From: Eledone cirrhosa
Lineage: Eukaryota
Direction: 5' to 3'
Assembly (NCBI GenBank): GCA_964016885.1
Contig: OZ024743.1
Coordinates: 247,628,001-247,692,000 of the forward strand
Length of the DNA: 64,000 nucleotides
In this document: positions 25,862 through 37,136 of the stretch, in pieces
Position numbering within the stretch: the stretch's first letter is position 1
Layout of the letters: each line of letters starts with the position of its first letter
The notes under the pieces: generated by a model
The model's database searches: none
What the model was told of the DNA's origin: nothing
Seen by the model: the letters and a program-made list of their open reading frames with translations, nothing else
Made by a program: the position numbers and the translations under genes

Positions 25862-27799
25862 TTATACTTCTCTTAGGTCAGTGTTGTTTGTTTGGGTGTT
25901 GTTGTTGTTCCACTCATTCTTTCTGTTTAGCTTTGGTCTTCTAATTTCTATTTCACTGGCCTCTCTGATTTGCCTATCTGCTGGGTCATTCCTATGTTTA
26001 GATATTATTCTAATTTCTATGTTGTCTATGTTACCGTCATGATGTTGTCTAGCATGTTCGTATAGTACTGACCCGTTTTTTCGTCCTTTTAGTTCCCCCC
26101 AGTGTTGGTCTATCCTTTCACCTATGCTACGAGCTGTCTCACCTATGTATGTTGTTGTCGTGTTTCTGCAAGTACCCTCTGTACATCTTATGCTATAGAC
26201 TACGTTTCTAGTTTTACAGTTTATCCGGGGGTTCACCTTACATATGATACATTTCCTATTGGTACAGTGGGTTTTCTTAAAAGGGTAGGTTTTGCTGATC
26301 AGGGATTTTATGGTGGTTCCTGGCTTTTCTACCACCTTTATTTTTAAGTGGGTCTTTCTCAGGGCCTTTCTACACTGGTTAGCTAATTTCCCTCCAGGGG
26401 TGGCGTCCACAAACATGACACTCTGATATCTCTGGTTGTCGTACCATGATGTGGCCTTCCCTATCTTATGTCTAGCCCTATCTAAGCTATTCCATGATTT
26501 GCTCCTGTATAGTGGGCAAATTCCTTTCATGTCCAGTTCTATGAGGGTCTTATACTTTTCCATGGCTCCTTCGTATACTCTGACTCTGTCTCTTTGGTTG
26601 TAGCCAGAGAACTGCATGCGGTTGATGAAGTGTTGGATGTGTCCTTCCATTTCTGTTGGGTCGCACATGCTGGACACATTCTTCATCACTCGTACCAAAT
26701 CTGCGATCAGAATATTAAACTTAGCACTACTGGACATTGCTGAGTTTTTGAGTATCAGGTATTTGGAGGCCATGGGTTTAGCATAGTGTGAGTGGAGAAT
26801 TTGGGCTCTCTCGTCTATAGTGTTAATCCAGAGTTCTGTGTCTAATACAGGTAGTCTATTGTTAGGGTGTTTGGAAGGGAAGTCTATAGTTACAGTTATA
26901 CTCTGGTGTATGGAATTAGCTATCTGCTGGATGCTTTCCATCGTGCTACGTTCTAAATCAAACTTGTTAGTGCTCTCTAGTGGGGGTGTTCTTATAACTA
27001 TATTGATATCGTCTACATAACGAGAGTACATGATGAGGTCTATGGAGCTTTCATTAAGGAGATCTTTAAGTCTCCTTTCCCACCATACCATGAAAAGGTT
27101 GGCAACATCGCCAGCTATGCTGACGCCGATGGCTGCTCCCTCATTTTGGGTGTAGATTTTCTCATTGAACTTAAATATGTGGCCCTTTAGGGTAGTTTTG
27201 ATACTAGCCCCTATTGCATGTGCGACCATTTTTCTTACCTGATCAGTGTTTTGGGGGGTCCGTATAGCTTTGGTCCACCCAATCCACCTTCCTATGGGAG
27301 TCTTTTTAGCCATTGAGGTTATGGTGGGGGGTCTACCTCTTATAGGTCTACTAGGGCAGAAACATCTAAGGTCATGGCTGTCTAGGTAGTCAGTGTCGTA
27401 GGTAAGTCTAAGTAGGAGGCCCAGTTCGTCTGTGTCGACGTCGCAGAACTCCACCTCACTCTCAATGATCATCTCCACACATCTTTTCACAGCAAAATCA
27501 ATGTTAATGGATGGGTACAGTGACACCACATCCATGCTGCCTATTATGCAGTTGGATAGGCTCCTGTTTTTGTTGCACTCACTGATTCTGCTGAGGAGGT
27601 CCTCTGTACTTTCACATACATCTGGGGACATCTTGATTATGGGGCGTATAACCATTGAGAGGAAGTAGGAGATCCTGTAGTTGCTAGCTATATTAGCTCC
27701 GCATACAGGTCTTGTTGGTGGTCCTATTGTCGGGTCGTCGACTGTCTTGTGGTCTTTGCGGAGCCCATACAAGGGTGGTATGCCATTGTTAGACGCCTG
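25862..27799 (-). CDS. PLE RT + GIY-YIG ORF, 5'-truncated but uninterrupted (left arm)
   Basis: LYGLRKDHK, PTRPV, SMDVVSLYPSI, GAAIG..A.LFM, RYVDD, CxxxxCxxC, NVVY..C...YIGET.R...R..H. First ~62 aa of the listed 707-aa ORF are antisense of the right arm. Confidence 0.9.
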   Translation of the reverse strand, partial: QASNNGIPPLYGLRKDHKTVDDPTIGPPTRPVCGANIASNYRISYFLSMVIRPIIKMSPDVCESTEDLLSRISECNKNRSLSNCIIGSMDVVSLYPSINIDFAVKRCVEMIIESEVEFCDVDTDELGLLLRLTYDTDYLDSHDLRCFCPSRPIRGRPPTITSMAKKTPIGRWIGWTKAIRTPQNTDQVRKMVAHAIGASIKTTLKGHIFKFNEKIYTQNEGAAIGVSIAGDVANLFMVWWERRLKDLLNESSIDLIMYSRYVDDINIVIRTPPLESTNKFDLERSTMESIQQIANSIHQSITVTIDFPSKHPNNRLPVLDTELWINTIDERAQILHSHYAKPMASKYLILKNSAMSSSAKFNILIADLVRVMKNVSSMCDPTEMEGHIQHFINRMQFSGYNQRDRVRVYEGAMEKYKTLIELDMKGICPLYRSKSWNSLDRARHKIGKATSWYDNQRYQSVMFVDATPGGKLANQCRKALRKTHLKIKVVEKPGTTIKSLISKTYPFKKTHCTNRKCIICKVNPRINCKTRNVVYSIRCTEGTCRNTTTTYIGETARSIGERIDQHWGELKGRKNGSVLYEHARQHHDGNIDNIEIRIISKHRNDPADRQIREASEIEIRRPKLNRKNEWNNNNTQTNNTDLREV

Positions 27800-27800
27800 A

Positions 27801-29555
27801 TGTGAAAGTACAGAGGACCTCCTCAGCAGAATCAGTGAGTGCAACAAAAACAGGAGCCTATCCAACTGCATAATAGGCAGCATGGATGTGGTGTCACTGT
27901 ACCCATCCATTAACATTGATTTTGCTGTGAAAAGATGTGTGGAGATGATCATTGAGAGTGAGGTGGAGTTCTGCGACGTCGACACAGACGAACTGGGCCT
28001 CCTACTTAGACTTACCTACGACACTGACTACCTAGACAGCCATGACCTTAGATGTTTCTGCCCTAGTAGACCTATAAGAGGTAGACCCCCCACCATAACC
28101 TCAATGGCTAAAAAGACTCCCATAGGAAGGTGGATTGGGTGGACCAAAGCTATACGGACCCCCCAAAACACTGATCAGGTAAGAAAAATGGTCGCACATG
28201 CAATAGGGGCTAGTATCAAAACTACCCTAAAGGGCCACATATTTAAGTTCAATGAGAAAATCTACACCCAAAATGAGGGAGCAGCCATCGGCGTCAGCAT
28301 AGCTGGCGATGTTGCCAACCTTTTCATGGTATGGTGGGAAAGGAGACTTAAAGATCTCCTTAATGAAAGCTCCATAGACCTCATCATGTACTCTCGTTAT
28401 GTAGACGATATCAATATAGTTATAAGAACACCCCCACTAGAGAGCACTAACAAGTTTGATTTAGAACGTAGCACGATGGAAAGCATCCAGCAGATAGCTA
28501 ATTCCATACACCAGAGTATAACTGTAACTATAGACTTCCCTTCCAAACACCCTAACAATAGACTACCTGTATTAGACACAGAACTCTGGATTAACACTAT
28601 AGACGAGAGAGCCCAAATTCTCCACTCACACTATGCTAAACCCATGGCCTCCAAATACCTGATACTCAAAAACTCAGCAATGTCCAGTAGTGCTAAGTTT
28701 AATATTCTGATCGCAGATTTGGTACGAGTGATGAAGAATGTGTCCAGCATGTGCGACCCAACAGAAATGGAAGGACACATCCAACACTTCATCAACCGCA
28801 TGCAGTTCTCTGGCTACAACCAAAGAGACAGAGTCAGAGTATACGAAGGAGCCATGGAAAAGTATAAGACCCTCATAGAACTGGACATGAAAGGAATTTG
28901 CCCACTATACAGGAGCAAATCATGGAATAGCTTAGATAGGGCTAGACATAAGATAGGGAAGGCCACATCATGGTACGACAACCAGAGATATCAGAGTGTC
29001 ATGTTTGTGGACGCCACCCCTGGAGGGAAATTAGCTAACCAGTGTAGAAAGGCCCTGAGAAAGACCCACTTAAAAATAAAGGTGGTAGAAAAGCCAGGAA
29101 CCACCATAAAATCCCTGATCAGCAAAACCTACCCTTTTAAGAAAACCCACTGTACCAATAGGAAATGTATCATATGTAAGGTGAACCCCCGGATAAACTG
29201 TAAAACTAGAAACGTAGTCTATAGCATAAGATGTACAGAGGGTACTTGCAGAAACACGACAACAACATACATAGGTGAGACAGCTCGTAGCATAGGTGAA
29301 AGGATAGACCAACACTGGGGGGAACTAAAAGGACGAAAAAACGGGTCAGTACTATACGAACATGCTAGACAACATCATGACGGTAACATAGACAACATAG
29401 AAATTAGAATAATATCTAAACATAGGAATGACCCAGCAGATAGGCAAATCAGAGAGGCCAGTGAAATAGAAATTAGAAGACCAAAGCTAAACAGAAAGAA
29501 TGAGTGGAACAACAACAACACCCAAACAAACAACACTGACCTAAGAGAAGTATAA
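27801..29555 (+). CDS. PLE RT + GIY-YIG ORF, 5'-truncated but uninterrupted (right arm)
   Basis: Translation identical to the left arm over the listed 557 aa. Confidence 0.9.
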   Translation, partial: CESTEDLLSRISECNKNRSLSNCIIGSMDVVSLYPSINIDFAVKRCVEMIIESEVEFCDVDTDELGLLLRLTYDTDYLDSHDLRCFCPSRPIRGRPPTITSMAKKTPIGRWIGWTKAIRTPQNTDQVRKMVAHAIGASIKTTLKGHIFKFNEKIYTQNEGAAIGVSIAGDVANLFMVWWERRLKDLLNESSIDLIMYSRYVDDINIVIRTPPLESTNKFDLERSTMESIQQIANSIHQSITVTIDFPSKHPNNRLPVLDTELWINTIDERAQILHSHYAKPMASKYLILKNSAMSSSAKFNILIADLVRVMKNVSSMCDPTEMEGHIQHFINRMQFSGYNQRDRVRVYEGAMEKYKTLIELDMKGICPLYRSKSWNSLDRARHKIGKATSWYDNQRYQSVMFVDATPGGKLANQCRKALRKTHLKIKVVEKPGTTIKSLISKTYPFKKTHCTNRKCIICKVNPRINCKTRNVVYSIRCTEGTCRNTTTTYIGETARSIGERIDQHWGELKGRKNGSVLYEHARQHHDGNIDNIEIRIISKHRNDPADRQIREASEIEIRRPKLNRKNEWNNNNTQTNNTDLREV

Positions 29556-29841
29556 ATAAATAAGTAAATTAAATTAAATAAAATAAGATAAATAAATACA
29601 TACACAAGCACATAAACACACACTAGTCACCCAGCAGACAACACTATACACACTAGTCACACATCACACATCACACATAACACTATACACACACGCAAAC
29701 GCATGCGCAAAGAAGACAAAATAAAATAAGATAAACAAACAAGCAAATAAATAAATAAATATATAGACAGACTGAACAAAAAAAAAAAAAAAAATGGCGT
29801 AGACATACAACACAACAGGAGGAACAATGAATATAACACCA

Positions 29842-29885
29842 CTGACGATGTTGCAGATGTGCAACGAAAGATTTATGTAAACTAT
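29842..29885 (+). ncRNA. Hammerhead-ribozyme-like motif in PLE pseudo-LTR
   Basis: CTGACGA-t-gttgca-gatg-tgcaac-GAAA; core mirrored at 25548-25575 (-), homolog 31528-31555; stem I not convincingly formed. Confidence 0.6.
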
Positions 29886-30128
29886 ATATATATGTGTTTG
29901 TCTATATTGTATCTGTATTATTTTTGACCGCCGGTCAGTCAATGGCAACATTGAGGACCGAGTAAGTTAGATCGCAGATATATATATATAAAAGACAGCG
30001 AGAAGCGAAAACCAACCAAACAGTGAGTGTGTTCTGTTATTAATTCTGGCAATATTACGCAAATATGACCCTCCCCAAATATAACAATATCTGTTTCGAC
30101 ACACGATTTCATATAAAAAACCTCGCAA

Positions 30129-30208
<80 letters not shown>

Positions 30209-30302
30209 ACATACATACATATATACATATACACACATATACACATATATACAAACACATATATATACATATATACACACATATATATAAATACACACAC
30301 AT

Positions 30303-30375
<73 letters not shown>

Positions 30376-30379
<4 letters not shown>

Positions 30380-31748
30380 TTTTGCGAGGTTTTTTATATG
30401 AAATCGTGTGTTGAAACAAATATTGTTATACTTGGGAAGGGTCATATTTGTGTAATAATATTGTAATATTGCCAGAATGGAAAGACACATCCAGCACTTC
30501 ATCAACCGCATGCAGTTCTCTGGCTACACCCAAAGAGACAGAATCAGAGTATACGAAAGAGCCACGGAGAAGTATAAGACCCTCATAGAACTGGACATGA
30601 AAGGAATTTGCCCATTATACAGGAGCAAATCATGGAATAGCTTAGATAGGACTAGACATAAGACAGGGAAAGCCACCTCATGGTACGCCAACCAGAGATA
30701 CCAGAGTGTCATGTTTGTGGACGCTACCCCTGGAGGGAAATTAGCTAACCAGTGTAGAAAGGCCCTGAGAAAGACCCACTTAAAGATCAAGGTAGTAGAA
30801 AAGCCAGGAACCACCATAAAATCCCTGATCAGCAAAACCTACCCTTTTAAGAAAACCCACTGTACCAATAGAAAATGTATCATATGTAAAGTAAACCCCC
30901 GGATAAACTGTAAAACTAGAAACGTAGTCTATAGCATAAGATGTACAGAGGGTACTTGCAGAAACATGACAACAACATACATAGGCGAGACAGCTCGTAA
31001 CATAGGTGAAAGGATAGACCAACACTGGGGGAACTAAAAGGACGAAAAAACGGTTCAGTACTATACGAACATGCCAGACAACAACACGACGGTAACATAG
31101 ACAACATAGAAATTAGAATAATATCTAAACATAGAAATGACCCAGCAGAGGCCAGCAAAATAGAACTTAGAAGGCCAAGGCTAAACAGAAAAAAATGAAT
31201 GGAATAACAACAACACCCAAACAAACTGATCTAAGAGAACAACACTGACCTAAGAGAAGTATAAATAAATAAATAAATAAATACACACACAAGCACAATA
31301 ACAACAAACACATATAAACACACACTAGTAAACTAAGATAGAATACAATAACCAATACACAGTCACCCAAACAAGAACACACATAAAAAAAAACACTATA
31401 CACACACGCAAACGCATGCTCAGAGAAGACAAAACATAAATAAATAAACAAATAAATAAATAAATAAACAGACTAAATAAAGATGGCGTAGGCATACAAT
31501 GCAACGGGAGGAAACATAACAGCACCACTGACGATGTTGCAGATGTGCAACGAAAGAATAGACTATATATATGTGTTTGTGTCTATATTGTATCTGTATC
31601 TTTGACCGTTGGTCAGTCAATGGTTACATTGGGGACTGAGTAAATTAAATTAACCGATATAAAAGACACAGAAGCGAAAACCAACCAAACAGTGAGTGTG
31701 TTCTGTTATTAATTCTGGCAATATTATTACACAAATATGACCCTCCCC
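30376..31748 (+). mobile_element. Second copy of the same PLE family, 5'-truncated, with ~100-bp inverted 3' end
   Basis: ORF 30477-31037 closely resembles the C-terminal third of 27882-29555; frameshift near 31030; 30376-30478 is the reverse complement of the element 3' end including the tail. Confidence 0.9.
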
Positions 31749-32099
31749 ATATATATATATATATATATACACACATAAACATGCCCAAATGCAGGTACAT
31801 GTGTACGCACGTACACACAGCGATATGCATACAAACGAACGGCCACTCATACAAATACATTCAAACATGTACTCATAAATATACACATATACACAGGCTC
31901 ATAAAAACAGCTCTACAAGCAGAAAATGCAGTTAGGTAAGAGGTACTTACATAACCATAGTTCCGTGTTTCAGGTTGAGGAGGGGTAGGGGTGGGGTGGG
32001 AAGGAGGTAGAGGGGCTATTTTGTCGGCTGGCGTTTAAAAAAAAAAAAGGTGGAAGCCGTTTTTAGCCATCGGGCATTAACACTGGCTTAAGGCATTTA

Positions 32100-33620
32100 A
32101 AAGTTGCAAAGATTTTGTGCATGCAGTTCGGGTAGTGTTCAGAGAGTTTGTTCAGTAGCGGGCCCTTAATTTAATAAAATTTCGTAGCTCTCTGAGATAC
32201 AAAGATCGCAGCACTTGTGTCCTCCGTTGTATGAGCGCGCTTTCTGGAGTATTTTCCATTTAAGCGTGAAGGGGGTGGAGTTCCTTTTGAGGTCCCAAAC
32301 ATAGGAGGCGAGGGTTGTCTGGTTTGATTTGTCCGGTCTTCTGTAGGAGTGGGTATGGGCATACCACCGGGTCTTAAAGTTATTGGAAGCCATGCCAATG
32401 TAAGTCTTTTTGTTGTTGCAATCATCGGTGCCTGAGATGACATCGCATTTGTATACGATATCATTTGTCAGGCATTTGTTTTCAAGTGGGCAGGCTTCCT
32501 TATTTAGGCAATTACATAAGGCCCCAGTTTGGGGACCGGGTTCGGAGGTGGTTGGCTTATTTAATTTTTTAGAATTGTGATTGGCTATATTCCTAGCTAG
32601 GCTAGGTGTGGTGGAGTAGGAGAGTCTTATTGTGTTCTTATTAAAGATGGTGTAGTATCTATGTTGTATGGGGAAGTGTGTGTTCAGCAAAGTGAAGAAA
32701 TTCCTAGCTATAGGTGTAGAGACCTCTCTATTGAAGGGAGGGTTGTACCAGCTAATCTGCCTATGCCTATTCCTCCTATGCAGTCTTGCGGTGGTTTCTA
32801 GGTAGGTTATCTTTTCTTTAAATCCGCTGCGGTCGAGGGCGTCGTTGTGGTAGGAGGCAGAGGCGTTAAAAATATCTTCATTGGCAGAGAGGCCAGAGAT
32901 TCTAATAGAGACGCTTTTTACTAAGTTATCAGTGATGTTTTTGGGGTGGTTAGAATTAACATTAATATATCTAAGGGACTCATTTGGTTTGTGGTACGGG
33001 TAATAGAGGGAAGTATCTAGGTCGAGAGTGACATCTAAAAAGTTGGCCCTAGTCATATTAGATTCTATAGTTATACTAAATCCTAGATTACGGAAGAACG
33101 AGCTTAAGTTTCTCCGAAACCCATCGGTGGTTCTGGGGTTAACCTTGTGCAGGTCGAAGAGGCCGTCGTTTCAGTATAAACCTCCGGTTAGGCCAGTAAA
33201 GAGGTTCTTCAGGTGGCGTAAAATGTACCGGCCCACAAGGTCGCTAATTTCAGCCGAGTCACTCGCTCCCATGCTGACGTCAAATGGGGTCTGAGACTTC
33301 TTGTTGATCCAGTAAGATCCATCATGGTATAGGAAGGTCTTACGGGCATGGAGGATAACATCTTGCTCAGCATCGGTTATGGTGGTAAAATTTCTGGCAA
33401 AGGTAATTGCGTCCTTCAGGAGGGGCTCCGAGAAAGAAGCATAGTAGTTTTCTATGTCGAGTTGCAGGAAGCGAGTGTGGCGTTTGTCGGGTAATTCTTG
33501 GAACCAAGATATTGCCTCAGATGTTCTGCTCCAGAGTGGGAGTGGTGAGGCAGCCCGCAATGATAGTAGAACTCTATCTAGGATCTTCTTACTGATAGAG
33601 CCGATGTCCGAACGAGTGGG
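32100..33620 (-). pseudogene. PLE of the YRDD-type lineage (RT + GIY-YIG), inactivated
   Basis: FLQLDIENYY, FDVSMGASDSAEISDLVG, GLY*NDGL, NFLDVTLDL, HP, CNC..CPL..C..IVY, YIGM, CDLC. Confidence 0.9.
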
Positions 33621-33758
33621 GTGTATGTGTTTATGTATTTTGTATATGTGTATATATATGTGTGTATATATGTGTATATATGTGTATGTAGATGTGTTTG
33701 TATATATGTGTATATTTATATGTATGTATGTTTGTATATATGTATGTATATGTATGTG

Positions 33759-34385
33759 TCAGGTCACCAGTTGGTGCTACTGGTAACATGTATCCCAGTA
33801 CAACCTGTCTCATGGTCGGGTCGTTGGCGACTGAACTGGCAACCCCACCAAGGTTTCTTGGTGAGGAGCGTGACTTTGGACATCCTGCAGGACTAAAGGC
33901 AAAACCTGTCAAAGGGCAAAGGAGCTCTTAAGAGTCAATGGCCATCCAAAATCACCGGGAGAGATGACCCCTTAGCCTTTGTCAAGGAAGAATTCTAGGA
34001 GAAGGAAAACTCTGATATAACACCTGCAACTCTGATGGTATCCAATGATGTTGACTTGTTCTTCTTTTTGGTAAATATCATCTTGGTTTAGAGAATGGGA
34101 CTGGCTTTGTGCAGTGCCTTTGCTCACTATAGAAGCTTCACGGCACAGGCATTGCTTTATATCTGGAGATCTCTCTGCACTTGTCGTCACATGGTACCAT
34201 GGGCCCAGCACTATGTGTCAATAATTGTCACAAGTGTAGTGTTTGTACCAGAGTTTTCACGTCGCTGGCTGGACTAAAAAGTCACACTCATTCAGCGCAT
34301 CGGTAGGGGTTCTCCTACATGGATATAAAGTAGTGGCCGTACTCGAAAACGAGTTGGCAGCCACCATATGCATGTGTATGTATGT
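33759..34385 (+). mobile_element. Non-coding retroposon (~620 bp) with RTE-5'UTR-like head and (ATGT)n tail
   Basis: Contains ctggcaacccc and ctaggagaaggaaaactctga motifs; partial copies at 3944, 19316 and ~49688-50075; TATG flanks. Confidence 0.65.
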
Positions 34386-34388
34386 GCC

Positions 34389-34968
34389 CTCAAGCACTAT
34401 CTCGACCTTCGCCCTTCCCTCCACCCCCACCCTCCTTCGCCTCGCCGAGCTGGTCCTCACCCTCAACTGTTTCTCCTTCTCGGGTGAGTTTTACCAACAG
34501 GTCACGGAGGTAGCCATGGGCACAAACTATTCCAACCTTTTCGTTTGCCATGTTGAGGCCCAAATCTTTGCCCAGTACACCGGCCCCACGCCCGAACTGT
34601 ACGGTCGTTACATCGACGACTGTATCGGAGCCACGACCCTCATCCGAGAACAGCTCGACTCCTTTCTCTCCTTCTTCTGCTCTTTCCACCCCTCCCTCCA
34701 CTTCACCACCTCTATCGCCACCACCCACGTCCACTTCTTAGACATCTCCATCGCCTTCGACCCCTCCCACCACTCCCGCGTCACATCCGCCTTCTTCAAA
34801 CCCACCGACTCCCACTCCTACCTCGATTTCACCTCCTCCCACCCTCCACACACTAAACACTCTATTCCTTACTCCCAACTCCTCAGGATCCGCCGCCTCT
34901 GCAGCCGAGATGCTGACTTTGAGTCCCAGGCCATTTCCCTCGTCAGCCATTTCATCTGCAGAGGTTAA
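34389..34968 (+). mobile_element. Neptune-like PLE RT fragment, C-rich
   Basis: LLRLAELVLTLNCFSF...VAMGT...RYIDDC...FLDISI...KPTDSHSYL..SSHP..TK.SIPYSQLLRIRRLCS. Confidence 0.85.
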
Positions 34969-35299
34969 CCCCCCCCCCCCGCCGTAGAAAACCCGCCAGA
35001 CGTGTAGGTGTCACGACAATAAAACACACAGTCCACGGTGTAATGTGGCCGTGTAGGTAACACGGTAAAATCCTCCCAGTCCACACTGTAAACGTGGTTG
35101 GTGTTAGGAAGGGCATCCAGCCGTAGAAAACCCGCCAGACAGTCCTGAGCAAGACAACCAATCTTGCCTCAAGTGGGACAATTCCCGTCCAGACCCATGC
35201 TAGCGTGGAAAATGGACGTTAAACGATGATGATGATGATGATGATGATGTATGTGTGTGTATATATATATATATATACACATACAAAAAAAAAAAAAAA

Positions 35300-35550
35300 T
35301 TTGTCCGGGAAAGACTGCCCTAACACCGGCCAGAGTTACCTCCCTTGACCTGCTGCAAAATCAAAACAACCTATTTTTGCGAGCAATGAACCTTGATCTG
35401 GATTTAACCTCCAAAACTCTTTCCGAGCAATACAAGGAACACTTTTGATTATTTATGCCCTTGAGAAGCCCAACTGGGCGAAACGTACGTAGGTGCTGTT
35501 TTAAATAAACATGTTTTAACGGTCTATTCTCCGATTTTTTACTTTCCCAC
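35300..35550 (+). mobile_element. Short PLE 3' end with variant hammerhead-like motif
   Basis: TTGAGAA-gccc-aact-gggc-GAAA-cgtacg-TA at 35461-35491 just after a stop codon; TA-repeat flanks. Confidence 0.45.
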
Positions 35551-36319
35551 GTATATATATATATATATCGTTTCTGAATTTGTTTAGCAAGATTCTTTAT
35601 CTGAAATCGTGTGTTGAAACCGATATTGTTATACTTTGGGAGGGTCATGTTGCCAATAAGAAACACACGCACCAGTTGCTTTCACTTCAATTTATTATAA
35701 TAAATTTATAAATTTATAAATTTCTGGTTGGTTGGTTGGTTCCACAACCAGATAGTTGTTTATATATTGTCATAATTCTTTCGTCACACACTCTGTGACC
35801 TCTTCAGTGACTGGGGATTCTTTTCTTTGTTTCTGTGCCTCTCCTTTGTTCTGTCCTACGCCATTGTCCTACGTAGTGTAGGAGAACGGATAAATGAACA
35901 CTGGCGAGACCTTCAAGATAGTAAAGAATCATCTGTACTCTACCAACATGCTAAAATAGAACACAAGGGTAAATTAGAGAACATAGAAATAAAAATAGAA
36001 TCTACACACAGAAAAGACGCAATGTTTAGACAAATTACAGAGGCAATAAACATAAAAGAATTACAACCAAAATTAAATAGAAAATATGAGTGGAACAGCA
36101 ACATCACAACTTACAATTAAGGACAAAATGAAAACACACACACACATAGAACAAACAACCAACCAGTAACATGTAAATAAACAAATAAATAAATGAACAT
36201 AAACACACAGACACCCGGATGTGGCGCATGCGCAGACTGAGCACACAACACACACACAGAAACAAAATGGCGTAGGACAGAACAAAGGAGAGGCACAGAA
36301 ACAAAGAAAGGAATCCCCA

Positions 36320-36362
36320 GTCACTGAAGAGGTCACAGAGTGTGTGACGAAAGAACTATGAC
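36320..36362 (+). ncRNA. Minimal type-I hammerhead ribozyme motif
   Basis: gtca-CTGAAGA-g-gtcaca-gagtg-tgtgac-GAAA-gaac-TA-tgac: stem I gtca/tgac, 6-bp stem II; mirror copy 35769-35811 (-). Confidence 0.7.
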
Positions 36363-36430
36363 AATATATAAACAACTATCTGGTTGTGGAACCAACCAAC
36401 CAACCAGAAATTTATAAATTTATAAATTTA

Positions 36431-37136
36431 CTAGCAGTAAAGCCCGGCGTTGCTCGGGGTCGCTCAGTAGCTGTGTTAAAGTTACAATGTTAAGTTTCTT
36501 TTTTGGCTTAAAGTCTGTCTGCACGACTGTCTGTCTGCACGACTGTCTGTCTGCACGACTGTCTGTCTGCACGACTGTCTGTCTGCACGCCTAACAAAAT
36601 TTACAGATACATATATTTTAAATAAACTTATATAATTTTTGCTTTTTTTTACGAAATATTTGCTTGTTTTACGTAGTCTTTAAATAGACTTGTTTTCAAG
36701 TAAAAATATTGTTTTAAAAGGCTTTTAAATGGAAATGAAGCAAAACGGAAGCTTAGTGTTCGAACTGATGAATTTTGCAGGTCAAAATTTTGCTGGCTCG
36801 ACAACTGTTCGTGTATTGTGTTAATGTCATTTTAAACGCTGAGAAAGCCAGCGTAATTTTTTTAATTTTTGCACGCAGAAAATGTAAACAACGTAAGACG
36901 CTCAATGTAAACAGAACAAAGGGAAATAACTCGCCACTTACGCTCAAAAATCGATACATTAGATTCGATTTCGTCACATAGGGTGGGTCAATTTGAAATA
37001 TTTTTTTTCCGATGTCTTCGCTAGGGCTCAATGTACAAGTATAGCAATTTCGGTGCAATTCCGTCAGAGATTCTAAGAGGAGATGTGTGCCAAAAATCGA
37101 TAGACAGACAGACAACCACAGCTTTATATATATAGA
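36431..37136 (-). mobile_element. Non-autonomous Helitron
   Basis: 5' TCTATATATA, 3' hairpin cccgagcaacgccggg then CTAG, between A and T; absent from the mirror arm; contains a 16-bp tandem repeat (ctgtctgtctgcacga) at ~36515-36589. Confidence 0.8.

Larger units (their letters stand above)
25327..30131. mobile_element. Palindromic (head-to-head) Penelope-like element insertion
   Basis: Arms 25327-27617 and 27800-30090 mirror (coordinate sum 55417 for all mirrored ORFs); 182-bp spacer; extra tail 30091-30131. Confidence 0.95.

Noticed and set aside
27800-27985. N-terminus of the listed 707-aa ORF as a novel domain
   Set aside because: It is the antisense reading of the right palindrome arm (same peptide as ORF 27432-27668).
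33760-33860. HDV-like or twister ribozyme at the retroposon head
   Set aside because: Could not build P1/P1.1/P2 consistently in both copies by eye; left for a covariance search.
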